64,000 bases of DNA from Calcarisporiella thermophila CBS 279.70 (GCF_041956535.1 NW_027192208.1:33014-97013), one strand, 5' to 3'; counted from the stretch's first letter, positions 37,151 to 51,272 are shown. Numbers and translations: made by a program. The notes: generated by a model from the letters alone, not told the origin.

Positions 37151-40100
37151 ATGTCAGAGACTCGAAAAAAGTCCCAATCACTACAACCGCCAAATGCCCC
37201 AGAGCCTGCTATTACCTGCGATCACTCTCATCGTCGCAGTATAAATGACCGATCACATTACCCATCAATACTTCCCCAGGATAACCCCCCTCCGCCTACT
37301 CGTTCATCCTCTTTACAATCTTCTGTTGATGTTACCGGAAAACTTTCTGCCCTACCTCCCCCTCCTCCCCCTCCTCTTCCTCCTCCCAAAAGAGATATTC
37401 ACAAGAAGAAACGGGCGAATGATAAGATGCATTCTATGATGAGTCCTTCAAATAATCGTAAGCAAAACAATGCAATTCAATCAGCACGAGAAACGCAATC
37501 GGCGCCCTCTTCTGCGAAATCCGTTAGACGCTTATCGGTTTTTGGAAAGCAAAACTCTAATGGGAAGGACGGAGATCAAGCGAACTTGCCGCTACCACCT
37601 CCTTTGGACTCAATCAAGCCAAGAGGAACTATGATGGAGAAAACAAAACACAAAATCAGCACAGGTAGTAGAAAAGAAATACAGGCTAAAGGTATGTACG
37701 GCCCGCCTTCTTTTAATTACTTAATTACTCAAATTACTCAAATATAATTATTGTAAAAGAATCAACGGTATCTTCTACGCTACTTCCGCCTTCGCCGGTG
37801 ACAACGCCTCCCTCTGATTCCGCTGCTGATTTCCTTGTCCACTCAATTTTGGAATCTAAAGAGGAGAGTAGTAAACAAGTGATCTGTGGAAAAACCGCAT
37901 TACCTGATGGCAGCACTCATATGCTATCAAACAGCCCTACTGTTGATGATGGTACCTCAAAACAACAATCGGGAACAAATGGAGGTTCAGGTCGACTCCC
38001 GCGTCGTTTATCGTGGACCCAGCCATCAAGACAATACGAATCAGAAACGAGCAATCTAAAAGAGCAACAGTGCACTACAGCGAAATCAGTTGTTAATGTC
38101 GAAGAAAATCCTTCCGAAAAGGATCAGGAGCCCGGGGGAGAATGCCAAGATTATAATAACAACTTGACATTACATGCCTATCGATCACTTCTGACATCCC
38201 AACTCAGAGATATGCAGAATAAAGGGCTCGTACTGTCGCGGCGCAACTCATCAGTTGGTACTGATGAGAGTGGAGCAGCAAGTGGAGGAGAGCTCGATTC
38301 TGCGAGGTCCTCAATAGACCGACCACCTGTAGATAACTTTTACGAACTGATTAAGATGTCTGGAACGGGGAAAAAACCAGATATGCAAGGAAAAGAAGAA
38401 GCAATCTCTCCCCTCTCAATACCTCTCTCCCCTCCAGCTTCTTTGTCCAAAGATACTGACCTATCATCAATTCTTCCCCGTCGTCGTATGGCGCCCATGT
38501 TCGTGAACACAGCAGATCTTGGGTCAGAACGGTTGGATTCATCTCTCTCCTCTGCTTCATCAACCAATTCATCCAATTCGGCGTGGAACCCTCTTTTGCG
38601 TCGATCTCTCTCTCACCGAGAAAAGAAGCATATGCTTGAACGTGGGCAGTCACCTCTTTCTTCTCACGTTTCCGGCCCATACACTGCAGAATCGAGCGCA
38701 GCTCCATCCGAAGCTAGCGCGGGAGAGAATGAAAATATGAGCAATGACAAAAATGAAGAATTCGATGATAGGATATATAGGCGTCAGTCAATGCCGATCC
38801 AAGCAAAAGGTACTGCAAATTTATCTCAACCACAGCACCGCTCCGCATCGCTTAGTCAATCATTAGGTGTGCCCTATCGCTCTAGTACTGCCGCTAACGC
38901 AATTGCTAGTGCTTCGGCTACGCCTTCGACGCTGTTGAAGCGGAGTTTGTCTCCAATGCATCGTAGGCTGTCACAGTTTTCTGTGCCCGGAAGCGACAGC
39001 CAACGCTCATCCATAGATGAGGATCCGAGTCCACCAATATCCCCGTGGATGAGCAGCGTCGATTCGCCATATCTCTCTCCTTACTCGGCGAGCAGCCCTG
39101 TGCTGACTTCGGCGATAAGACGTCGCGAATCCTACACTACAGACAATTCAATCCATTCCCGAAGAACATCTCTCTCTTCAACCTCATCACCCAATTTAAG
39201 ATCTCAAAATGAGAGTCAGCTACACCATTTCCCACTTCCCACTGCTCCTATTCATGCTTCTACCCCTCGGTATGGGTTCGATCGAGATTTCGAAACTGCA
39301 GCTGCATCTTCAAGCCTCCAAACAGAATATTCAGATACAAGCCAGAGCGAATTTGAGCAGCGCGGCTTTTTCCCAGATTTAGCTTTAAATGCTGAAGAAA
39401 ATCGTGTAAGCCACGTAAAATATGCTGGAGATGGCCTAGAACTTTTGGATCTACGACAGCTGCTGATTAAAGAGATGTACGAAATGAAGTCTCAAACGGA
39501 TCAAGTAATTCAGCGGGTATTTAGTTCTCTTGAAGACCAACGAAAAACCGGTGGCTCCGGAGGGAAAAAGCCATGGTTCGAACCTAAAGGGCGGCCTGAG
39601 TCTGCGATGGACGAGCTTACTGACCCCTCATTGATGAGTATGAACCAGAGTGCGTCAAGAGAGTTACAGCTTGCTACAGATGATGATGACTCTTGGAAAA
39701 GAAATAAACGAAAGACATTTGCTGAGCTAGAGCAGGAAACTTGGAATACAGATGATGAATGCGGCGGCGGAGAAGCTAGCGGAGGCACTACCATTCGTAG
39801 CGGGAGACCACTGCCAATACCGATTCGCACTACAGCACTTCCCTCTGTTATTCAGGGTCCACATACAAGTCGTCCACGGGAGTATGGAGGGATGCATGAC
39901 TTTTACGAGCCAAGAATGATACATTCTAGGAGTTGGCCCCCCTCAAAAATGAGTAAGTGTGGAATGAATTATGAGCAATTTCGCTGACCAATTCTGACAC
40001 TATTCAATTCTTCTCTTAGCCTCCTCGCATGTAATTTTACTTGGACTACTCGAAGATATCGGATATCGTATCCTCTCCACTCCTGCATCCAAGTATATCG

Positions 40101-43100
40101 ATCGGCCACGCCTTGCAATGGAAATCACCCGCGAGTTAAACGATCTCTCCTTGACACAAAAGCAAATGCCTGTCAGCAATGCAGAGGCAGAGGATCTACT
40201 CATCAAACTGCTATTTGCATTTGCTCCGGTTTCGAGAGTTGCCGATGCGCTATATCATTTACAACAAGACGAAAGCTCTGTCCCTACAGACTCCTTAGAA
40301 ACGCGCACAAGTGATATATTCAATTTTTCGGGAGAAGGCTGGGCTTCCCCACTCCCTAGCCCTGCTATGCCCATGACTCCTTTAACTCCAACTCTCCCGC
40401 ACCATCATCGGCCCTCTTCATTTGCGCTACCTCCTCCGAGTACCCCTCCATCCCATCCCGAATTGCCCCAGCGAAATAGGGCTTCTGCTCTAGAACAACA
40501 GCACAAGGATATTATCGATAGAAATCTAGAGCTGGAAAAGGATTTGCCCCCCGCCCCTATGCTTCCACCCTTTTCACCAACGGCCGGTAGCAGACCGGCC
40601 AGAAAAGGGGAAGAAAAAAGGGCTTCAATTGAAGTTGAGCGCAGACTGACTTCGTCCTCCAGGCTTTTTACCGAAAGCCCTCGTTCCAGCCTAGATTTGT
40701 CGAGGAGTGGAAGTGAGCGTCTTCGGCCCATGCATGAGAGTACAAAGACCGTGACCAGAGAACCTACCAAGCGTGACAGTTACGTTGAGATTGAGTGCGC
40801 ATTGACAGAGGCATTGCAAGAAGCCATTGATTATGAGATGGAAACTAAAGAGAAACCCGACCTCACAAAGATCTCGACAAAACCAAAGGCCACGGAGTCA
40901 CTTGGCGATGAACTGAAGCATCAGAAGCCTATCAAGAGGAAGCCTAGTCTGCAAGTCGCAAATCTATTCTCATCCATCAAATCAGCCTTCCAGACCTCTC
41001 CTTTGTCACCCTCTATGGTTTCAAGCTCACCTCCGACCCTGTTTGCCAATCGGCCACATCTGTCTAAATCTCTTCCGGCAAGAAGCAATTCCCTGGAATC
41101 AACTCCTCGCGCGGCAAGCTCGGCATCGAACCTTTCCAGTGCTGCCCCATCCGCTGCTGGTGAAGAACAGGTGCTGTGTCGAATTTGCGAAGAGATGGTT
41201 CCCGCCGAGACTCTCTCCCAGCACTCGGAGAGCTGCGCAAAGCTACACGAAATCTCACTCAAGCAGCAAGATTGTGATGTGCGCCTCCGTAAACTAGGGA
41301 GTGCTTGTGCAGCTCACCGCGTTTCGATTCAGAGTCGTGAGAGACCCTATCACGACTATCACAATCTGCGGTTCGTAGATTCGCTTGAAAGAATTGCCCA
41401 TCGTGGCGCAAAAGCGGGCGAGTGCTACAACCACGAGGAGATACAGCTCTGTAATCAACTTGTTACAGAAACCAAAGCTATTACCGAGGCGGCTGAGCAG
41501 ATTTCATTTGGAGCCCGTGATGAAGAATTATGTGCTCTGGGACGGCGTATTGCCCACGTTCTCAAGGAAAAGAGCGAAGCCATAAAGGCCTATCTCGAGT
41601 TTGTAGAGCGCGAGAGACAGACAGTAGAGGGATCTGGAGGGGGAAAGAGGCGCCCATCGTTAGCAGCGACGCAGACTGGTGGTGGCAATATGGGGAGCGC
41701 CGGAGGATTTAGAATCCACAAACGTAGCCCCAGCACCGCCTCGTCGCACTCTTCGCGATCAAATTCTCAGGAGGTCGATTCTCGCCGAGAGCCCAAAAGA
41801 CGTGGAGGCTCGAAGTTGACCTCTCTTTTTGCGGCCATTTTACGTGGAAACTATCGTGCGAACACGCCGACATCCTATGATCAGACGCACCATCCACATT
41901 ACCGCCCCACTAAGCCGCGCATTCCAAGCATCCAGGATTTTGAAATCATCAAGCCCATATCACGAGGTGCATTCGGCAAGGTTTATCTAGCGCGAAAGAG
42001 GACGACCCAGGACCTTTTTGCTATCAAAATCCTAAAGAAAGACGATATGGTGCGAAAAAACATGGTCAGCCATGTGTTGGCAGAACGACGGGTGCTCGCG
42101 GTCAGCCGCACACCTTTTGTGGTGAAACTATACTATGCATTCCAGAGCCACGACTACTTGTATCTGGTGATGGAATATTTGGTGGGAGGGGACCTCTCTG
42201 CCCTCTTACAAGTATTCGGATCTTTTTCTGAAGATATGGCACGAGTCTATACCGGAGAAGTCGCGCTTGCGCTTGAATATCTGCATGCAAACGGGATTAC
42301 TCACAGGGACTTGAAGCCAGACAATATGCTGATAGACGCCGAAGGCCATATCAAACTAACGGTAACTGATTTCATTCATAGATCGTTTTATATTTATGAA
42401 TTGCATTTTAATCCTTACCTCTCTATTTTAGGATTTTGGACTATCACGCATCAACGTTCCAGAAAAAGAGATCTACACAAGATCGAAGCTTTCTTCCGAA
42501 AAACACCCTGAGGATACCTCACATACAGGCCTCCATCACCGTCGTACTTATTCTCGTACTACAGCCAAGCGTCGGCATCATAGTAGCAAATCGCTTTTAG
42601 GGACGCCCGATTATCTTGCCCCAGAGCTGTTGCTTGGCATTGGCCACGATACCTCAGTGGACTGGTGGGCCCTTGGGGTTTGTTTGTTTGAATTTTTAAC
42701 TGGATACCCCCCTTTTATGAACGAGACACCCGAGCTTATCTTTCGAAATATCCTAAATCATGGTAACGTTTATTGCCTGACCATTTCACATTTTCCCTCC
42801 TTTGCACTGGTCTTCTAACCGTATTGTGTCTCCACTTAGATATTCAATGGCCTCAAGATGACGATGAGCTTAGCCCACAGGCAGTTGACTTGATACGCCA
42901 ACTACTCACCATCGATCCATCCCGTCGACCGCGGGCAGCACAGCTTAAGGCCCACTGCTTTTTTAAGGGCATGAAATGGGATGAGATTCGCCAGCTTCCT
43001 GCGCCGTTTATTCCGGACCCCATTGATCCAACCGACACAAGCTATTTTGAAGTTCGGAATCAGCGCCCAGATATTAGGCGGCTGTCTTTGGAGCCAATGG

Positions 43101-43705
43101 CCCAATCGGCTCCAGAGTTCGAGACCAAGGATGAGCTTTCGGAGAATTTGAAGGACGAGCGGCTGGTGATGAGCGATGGGGCTGGAGGAAATGATAGCGG
43201 AAAAGCAGAGAAGAAAGAAGAGATGAAGGCGATTCCCGAGAGCCGCCATCTATCCGCTCGAATTAGCCGTCTATTCCAAGGAAATAGGTCTTCGGACAAA
43301 AACGTTGGGAGTGTCAAAGAAGATGCTGGGTCTGGTCGTAGCTCGATGGATCTACCGCAGGAGGAAACGACTTTCACCCAACCCCCTCTCCACAAAGCGC
43401 GGGATAGCAAGGAGGAACTCGATGCTTTTGCGTACACAAATGTCAGCCTCCTCTCTGATGTCAACCGTGAGGTCTCGACCATGTTTATGCGAAGTCCCGG
43501 TGATCAACAGCAGCAGCAGCAGCAGCATCAGCAACAGCGGGCAGACGAGGTAGGCCCTGTCGAGGAGGAATCAAGGAAAGGAATGGAGTGCACCCGGGAT
43601 GAATTGTTGGGCATGGAATTGTACCAGAAAAATGGGCGACGTGTTTCACGGGCAGGATCTTTTGTGAATTGGTTGTCTGGAATTGGAGAAGAGAGTAGAA
43701 AGTAG
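37151..43705 (+). CDS. Rim15/Cek1/Greatwall(IRE)-like AGC kinase
   Basis: C2HC finger CRICEE..HSESC, then [31 protein letters not shown]|[21 protein letters not shown] and an AGC C-terminal tail. Long Ser/Pro-rich N-terminus. Confidence 0.9.
43505..43537 (+). repeat. CAG/CAA microsatellite encoding polyQ
   Basis: CAA(CAG)6CATCAGCAACAG in the kinase C-terminus. Confidence 0.9.
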
Positions 43706-44061
43706 AAGTATAAGAAGTAGAGAGTATTAAGTGTTGAGTAGATTTTCATGTGATGTTTCTTTGCCTTTTTTTTCCGCATTTTACTAGTTTTCTGTTATAT
43801 TTGCTCTCTAATATTGTTATTGTTTTTATTCTTTCTGATATTTTTTTCGTTTGTTTTCCTTTGCACCTATTTCTTCTCCGCCTTCCCTGTAATATATCTC
43901 TTTACAACATTTTTAGAATTCAATCTCTTTTATATCTGTTTTTTTTTTTCCAAAATACAAATGATTATACAGCAATGACAAAAGGGTAGATATAATGCTA
44001 TTTCCACAACTTTTTCGGGGAAAGACTTTGCTGGTCATCATTCTACATTAATTTGACAACA

Positions 44062-44206
44062 GTCTTTCTGGGTGACATGAACACGGCGCTCTCGAAGCAC
44101 ATACACCCCGGACTCAGTGCAGACTGCTTTTACTTCTGCTCAGTTCGATCCAGTCATCTTCTTTGCGATCTTTCGTAAGATGAAGAACCCTTGAGAACAT
44201 CGATCC
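44062..44206 (-). pseudogene. RPT6: Fragment of 26S proteasome ATPase Rpt6 (C-terminal part)
   Basis: Minus strand reads [43 protein letters not shown], versus Rpt6 [37 protein letters not shown]. Stop at 44140-44142. Confidence 0.85.
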
Positions 44207-44437
44207 AAGATATTACAGGCAGGATACTCTAGTCCTAGTTGGTGTTCCTGACAATTGATCTCTTCAATATACTCAGGGTAAAATCTTAATCCTTACCATC
44301 AATGATGAGCGATATTTTCCAACATGTAAAGGCAATTCAGCAAAAATAGAGGGGGAATAGTTTTTATTTTTTTGAAGTTTCTCAAATAAGATAAAATGCA
44401 CGCGCTCCGTCTAACATCCAACACCAGAATTGTCCAT

Positions 44438-45201
44438 TTAATGACCGAGGGCAGTCAGCTGTTCCTGGATGGGCTTCAAGGCCTCGGCCTTGTCGGCCAC
44501 AGCCTTCGCCTTCAGCTGAGCAATAGCCTTCTTGCGCTGGAAGTAAGCTTGGCTCTTCACCTTGCGCTTCTCTTCGAGCTTCTTCACGATATCCTGGTAC
44601 TTCCATCCAACTTCCTGGGATACCTTACCCAAGCTAGTGTATTTACGGCCGGGGCGGAGGCGAAGGACACGGAGTGCTTGTGGGACAACCATGCGCTTCA
44701 TGCGGTCATATGGCGGGGGAACACCCTCAAAGAGCTTGAGGCGATCGAGAGCAGCTTGGCCACGGGCGGTCTTGTGGGGGATCATGCCGCGGACAGCCTT
44801 GTAGAAGATCCGGCTGGGGGCGCGGAAATGGAAGGGACCGCGAGTGGGGTTCACGACACAGCGCTTGCGGAGATACTGCCAGTAGCGGACTAGTATAATC
44901 GGTAGAGTAGAGGTTAGCTCATCTTAAATCCAAGGGGACGGAATATTGCTAAAAAATAATAGGCACTGATGGATACGCACGTTTATTGCGGAAGAAGGAG
45001 CCAGAGATGTTCAAATCCTCGCAGCGCACGATCACAATGCGTTGCCCAGAGAGAATCTGCTTAGCAACAATGGAGGCGAGGCGGCCCACGAGATGGCCCT
45101 TGCCGTCAATGACAACCACCTGTAAATATGAAGGGGCGCATTAGCTGAGATGGCATTTCATGGAATATCTGGCAACTATGGACCTTTTCAAAAGTACTCA
45201 T
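44438..45201 (-). CDS. RPL16: 60S ribosomal protein uL13 (L16/L13a)
   Basis: MSTFEK|[51 protein letters not shown]; strong codon bias. Confidence 0.97.
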
Positions 45202-45307
45202 CGTTCCTTTGATGTTAAAATATAAATTAGAAGGATGGGAGACGACGACGTGCGGGAGTGAAAGAGGAGAACCTAAAAATTTATTGTTTGTTCTCTTTTG
45301 TTTATTT

Positions 45308-45334
45308 TGAAAAATTTGTCCCCCTGTGACGTCA
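45308..45334. promoter_or_regulatory. RRPE-like and CRE-like motifs in the RPL16/SF3B6 divergent promoter
   Basis: TGAAAAATTT at 45308-45317 and palindromic TGACGTCA at 45327-45334, within a 234-nt gap between head-to-head start codons. Confidence 0.4.
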
Positions 45335-45435
45335 GATACTTGCGTTAGCAAAATGGTCAAAGGGATAGAAATTGGATTTGAGCCAGATTTATCTGTTAAT
45401 CATTTTGATCCAACGATTATAAAATAATCCTGGAC

Positions 45436-46010
45436 ATGTCGATACAACCAAAGCGTGCGGTAAGCATTCCTGAAATGATTTCTGCCTAGTTCATTGTGAT
45501 TGATTCCTAATCATTCTGCTTGTACACTTAGTCCCGATTGCCGCCTGAGGTCAATCGTGCCCTTTTTGTGCGCAATCTTCCTTTTAAGATCACGGCCGAG
45601 GAAATGTATGATCTTTTTGGCAAATATGGGGCAATTCGACAGATTAGAGTGTAATTACATTCTCTTTTTATTTCCTTCTTTTTCATTTTTGATCTTGTTT
45701 AATACTAACTATTTTATTCCTGATACATAGCGGTAATGCAGAGAACACGCGAGGGACTGCCTATGTAGTGTATGAGGACATCTTTGATGCAAAGAATGCC
45801 TGTGAACATCTTCAGGGCTTTAATATCATGGGCAGATATCTTGTTGTACTCTATTACCAGCCAACAAAATCGACCAAGAAGGTCAATCTATTAAAGAAGG
45901 AAGAGCAGATACAAGAGCTGAAGGCGTATGTACAGATGAATCTTGGTGATAATTTTTTCAACTCTAATCCGCTTTTATTTTGTAGGAAATATGGCATTGG
46001 AGACGACTAA
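45436..46010 (+). CDS. SF3B6: Splicing factor 3B subunit 6 (p14)
   Basis: [72 protein letters not shown]. Confidence 0.96.
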
Positions 46011-46385
46011 AATTTTAAGAATTATTATATTCAACTCTAAAAGATGCGAATTTTTATACTCGCTTTCTTCCCACATTTTCACTCTCTTTCCCGTCGCTTT
46101 TTCTTTTTTTCAAAGCTTTTAATACATTTCACCTATTTTCGCTATTTGTCAAATATTTTGCTTTGTTTTTATCCCTGATAATAAACTGATCCTGTACATT
46201 AATCATGGTTTTAAAGATTGTCTCGGCTTTTAAGGTACATTTGAAAGTCAGCAGAAATTTTTCATAAGCATCAGTTTTCAGTTCTCGAATCCCATTTTCT
46301 AATAACTCACGTTTAAAGTAAACCTACCTTGCCATCCTTATGACATCTGTTCATTCTCAACTATTCTTGTAATTTTTATGCTACT

Positions 46386-47984
46386 ATGCTTGAGGTAGAG
46401 CCCATGCCGTCCTCCTCAATGGAAGATTCTGCCAATTCTCCCCCTGTTTCCTCTTCACCTCCCTCTACATCTGCTATCACAACTACTCCCCCCTCCGAAC
46501 TTCTCTCTCCGCTCCCCCACCTCTTCGCCATAGAAACCACGCCCAGCGAGGCCTCCTCTTCTCTCCCGCCCTCGCCTTACTCTGAAACCAGCTTTCACCC
46601 CCCTCCGGGAGAGAATGTTATAGATAAAAATGAAGAGAACACCATCAGAGAAACCTATAACTTTTTTGCGGAACAAATGCCGCGAGATCTAGGGATTGAA
46701 GAGCTGTATTCGCTAGTAGATCGGTATTGCATCTTAACAATTTCACTTAATTTTATTCTATTCCTTCACTTATGTTGATTTAATGATTTTCTGCCTTCTG
46801 TGTAGCTATGGATTTGTGGAAAGTAGCAATGCCCCATTAAAACCTAAAATTGTGGAGAAGGAAACTGAGCGCGGTAAGAAATGGGAACGCATGACTATTA
46901 GGCGACAGAATCAAGAACATGCACATGAGTTTCACTTTACCCCAAAGGTATTGTACGCTTTCCCTCTCCACGCTCTGATTGCATCCTAATCAATATGCCA
47001 TTCATATAGTTCATTTCCAGAGTGTACAAAGGCATTCCGGACTGTTGGCGCGCCGATGCATGGCATTTCATGTTAACGAATGGTGTATTGTCTAGCAGGA
47101 AGAAATCCGCACCAGTTACTCCCGAGTATTATCTTGAATTATTACAACTTTCATCCACGCATGAGCACCAAATCGACCTGGATATCCCTAGAACAATGCA
47201 AGATCATATGTTGTTTAGGACGCGCTATGGGCCTGGGTAAATCCTCTGACTTAGTTAGAATTTATCGGAACCTGTTGATTGACTTTTGTATGCGCACTAT
47301 CTTAGCCAGCGAAATTTATTCAATATCCTGAGAGCTTTCTCAAACGTGGATCCCGAAGTAGGCTACTGCCAGGGAATGTCCTCTGTCGTCTCAACCCTTC
47401 TTCTTTATTTTATCGAGGAGGACGCATTTGCAATGCTTGTTCATCTCTTTCGACAGTTTAACCTCCGCTTCCTTTTCCTCCCTGGATTTCCGATGCTCCT
47501 GGAATCATTCTATCTGCTAGAACAGCTACTCAAGGTGCACGCCTCCCGCGTTGCGCGACGGATGCAGGAGCTTACCATATCCAGTAGCTCCTATGCCACA
47601 CGCTGGCTCATCACGCTATTCACAGCAAATGTGGTGGATCATCAAACGCAAATGCGCGTGTGGGATATCTTCATGTTAAACGGTAAGGACTATTAGGCAA
47701 TAATCGTGGTTTATTTAGACACCAGAGCTCTAAATGATCACATGCTTGGCTCCCTTTTTTAAGGCTTTGATGTTCTCCTCTTCGTTTCTGTTGGCCTGCT
47801 TAAAACACTGGAGCCTCGGCTCCTGCAAATGGATTTTGACGAAGTCATGTCCTTGCTGAATTCTCGGATAGACGTCGCTGACGATGATAGGCTGATCGGG
47901 TGGGTTAAGCGACGATATACAGGCGCAGATACACCGCGGCTGTTAGAGCGGTTACGAAATGAATATCAAAAGACGCAAAGCTGA
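46386..47984 (+). CDS. Rab-GAP TBC-domain protein
   Basis: VDRYGF, KGIPDCWRADAW, QIDLDIPRT (IxxDxxR), VGYCQGMS (YxQ) and MRVWDIFMLNG. Confidence 0.92.
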
Positions 47985-48509
47985 TACTAGGTTGTATTTT
48001 AGAGAGACATTTTACCTTGGACGATCTTGTTTTGTTCTATCTCTTGCCAATTTTTTTTAACAATAATAATCTCCCAATCTTCTGCATTTTTAACTCTCCT
48101 CGCTGTAGTTTTCCTTACGATGACCCACTTTTAAATACATGATTGGTAAAATAAAATGAAGCATGGCCAAGGGGCAGTATGCATTGATAGGTGCATATCC
48201 CAAACGGGCAGCAAGGTACCGCTTAGAGTGCCTCATTTTCACACTCTGTACCACAAACTCTTCCCAATGATAGAGATCGTCTCTTTCAACCACTAGACTG
48301 GCTTTGCAATCCTGAAGAAAGATACCCACCCTTTCGGACATATACTCTGCGTTCTAAAGTTGCTAATGGGGAAAAGGATTTAAACTTATTTAATGTAAGA
48401 TGGATAAAAAAAATACAACAGCAAGAATAAGTTATGAAATAGAGCGTTTTCCCGAATATATTTTGTATTATTACATTAAGACGAGATATACAACAATATG
48501 ATACAATTT

Positions 48510-50495
48510 CTAACCCCTAAATTCCTCCAAGACTGCAATGACTCGCTGCAACAAAACCACTGCGTGAGGCATTCTCACGATGCGGCACTTCTCCAACACA
48601 CGCACCAATCTGATCATGTATCCAAGCTCTTCCTGGATCACAATGGGATCCTCCGAGTTGGCATTCTGCTTCTTGTTCTTGGCTAGGGCCCGGAACACGC
48701 GAAGCGCTAATTCGAAAGGGGCGAGGTGCACCCATGCTTCGCACAGATCCCTCTCCACCACCCCACGTTCCCACAACGTCAATATTCGTATCGCCGCCTC
48801 CTTGCAAACGGTTTCGGCGTGTACCCGGAATCCGTCCTGCCACCGTTTTCCTTTGCCCTCCAAAACGCCAATGTAGATTTGAATAATTTCTGGCCAAAAC
48901 ACCATCTCCTGCCCGATCAAACTGCGAATTGCAATCAGAGAGAGGCCCTTTGCCTCCAGCACGTCGATTTTCAGCTCGTCCGGCCGACTGTCGTGATGCT
49001 GTCGAAAGCGTTTCTCGATTTCGAGCATTCTTGCCTCGATGCTCTGCTGAGATTTCTGGGTCTTGCAATTGGAGTGCTTGTCGGTGTGGCCATCGAGTGC
49101 TAAACGAGCAAGATAGCGGGTGGTGCGGAGAGCATAGATGCGGGCACTTAGATAGAGCAGGCCATCTATGCCTTCATGAGGATACGGCCCCGGCCATATG
49201 CTCTCACCCCACTCGCCGATTCCAATGTAGCATCTTTTCCCGATGCCCCCGCGTTTTCCGCAGAGCAAACTCTTTGTCTCGTAAACAAGGGAAACCCCTA
49301 GGATCGCTCTTTTGAGCGACTCGTCCACATTCTGGTAGGAGGTGTGTTGTGAGAGCAGAATGTGCGAATGCTCAACGGCCAATTCCAGGAGGTCGAAGCG
49401 CTCTGAGTAGTTAATCGTAGAGACATACACGCAAAGCAGAGCGAGAACCGTGACGAATGAAGGTTGGTCGAATCTATCCTCCTGTAGCGAAGCAATCAAC
49501 ATACACGCATGAGCGAACGAAAATTTTCCAGGAAGGAGGAAGGATTTATAATCCTCCAAGTGTATTTACCAATAGTTTTCTTGTTCTCTCATAGGTGAAT
49601 CGTGCAATGGTCGGGAGGTCGCGATCCGCCGCAAACCGATGCTGCATAAATACGTGTGCAGACGCCCAGGACAATATTGCCCACTTGAGTAGTGGATCCA
49701 TCGTGTCTTCGTAGTAGCTCTTTAGAAACTGTCGGGGGTTTGGATCGAGGTATAACGGGAAGCAAGTCAGAAAGGTGTGAAATAGTTCACTGAGAGTTGA
49801 ATGCAAGGAGGTGATAAGCATGGTATTAGTGCGGGCGACGATGGAGCGTGGATGACCGTCGTGACCGGGAGTGACACGGGCAAGAAAAGAGTATTGATGT
49901 GCAAACGTTGCTGAGATTCCCTTTTTATCCTTGAACTTGTAGTTGATACCATAATTACCGGAGCGAAATGACAATTCAAAGTCCAAGCTCATCTCCATCA
50001 GCCGTAGCAGATCCCCTATTTGCCGGAACACCAGATAAAATTCTTTCTGCCTTCCGGTCATCATGATCCATTCGGCTCTCCCATCTACAATTCTCCCCAT
50101 AATTCCCTTGGCATCATCGTGATCGCTCTCATCGGCTTTCTGGTAAGCTAGCGGCAAAATGGTCTCTGTGAAATGTTTCCATTTGTCTTCCAATTCGGTC
50201 GTCCGTCGACTCATTTGCCCCACTAAGTGGCCCACTGAATTTACAAAGTCTGGTAGACTCATCTGTGATGTGCGATAGGTGCATGGCATGGATGCTTTGA
50301 TACATCGAGAACAAGAGGGAAGCTCCATCGAACAAAATGCCTACAATATTAATAGCCAAGCACCTAATTACAATTTTTGTTGACATCAGATCCAGCCAAT
50401 CTTTTACAAATACATGCCTTTCGATTGCGACAGCGCTCGCAAGCATTGATGGCCAGCTTTTGCGAAACACAGGGGGTTGATGATGAATTAGTCAT
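48510..50495 (-). CDS. Zn(II)2Cys6 transcription factor (copy 1)
   Basis: CERCRNRK|AFCSMELPSCSRCIKASMPCTY, obtained with a GC-AG intron at 50417-50341. A second intron joins KLL|EDRFDQPS. Confidence 0.85.
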
Positions 50496-51272
50496 GGTAG
50501 AGCTTGTATAGGCAGGAGGATAAATTCATGTGGTTATTTAATCTACGGGTAACTTTCATAAATAAAAGTGAACACTCGTCAACCTAGGAACGCTTTTCCT
50601 TCGAACCTATCTTAATCCTTCTAGAAGCCCCATCAAATTTAAATTTAACGGCTCCAGGATTTTAAACACGGACTGCTAGACGCTGGCCCGAGTGCCGAAG
50701 CAAAAGATGGAGAAGAAAGAGGCCCAGTAGATGTGCCTCGCTTGGCCACTTCATGCTCCCAAAGGCCCTTTGTTCTACGGACTTGCGGCGGAGTCGCAGG
50801 GAACCACACTCGGAAATTAATAAAACCCGAGCTCCTTCAATATACTACATACCCACACCAATGCCGGCACCACAACTCTAGACTCTGTAGCAAAAAAGGT
50901 CTTATGCAAACGCATATGAGTTGGATATTTCAAATGCTTTGCTTCTGAAACCAATATCAGGATGATGAGCATTGTTATTGATGAGTAGAGCGGAAGCGAG
51001 TTTCCCGCCAGTGTGCTTTTTGAAAATTAGAAATAAGAATAGCTGTGTAAATAAGACGATGTGGAAAGAGGTGAACATAGGTAAGGAGAACAGGAAAAAA
51101 GTGGAATGTGGAATGACATGAAATGAAGATACAGTAGATGCAAACACTGATATGAATATGCTAATAAGTGACAATCTTTCTGTACTATGGTTTGCTGCAA
51201 TAACAAGTCGCTTCAGTGCGAACTAAACGCCTTGATGCACTCCTGCCCAATGCTGGAATCAACCCCCTATGG

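Noticed and set aside
44020-44330. Possible snoRNA or SECIS element (ATGATGA boxes and a hairpin)
   Set aside because: No matching D box and no upstream in-frame UGA selenoprotein. The region is better explained by the RPT6 fragment.
48090-48341. 83-aa minus-strand ORF after the TBC gene
   Set aside because: No recognisable domain; probably 3' flank of the Zn-cluster gene.
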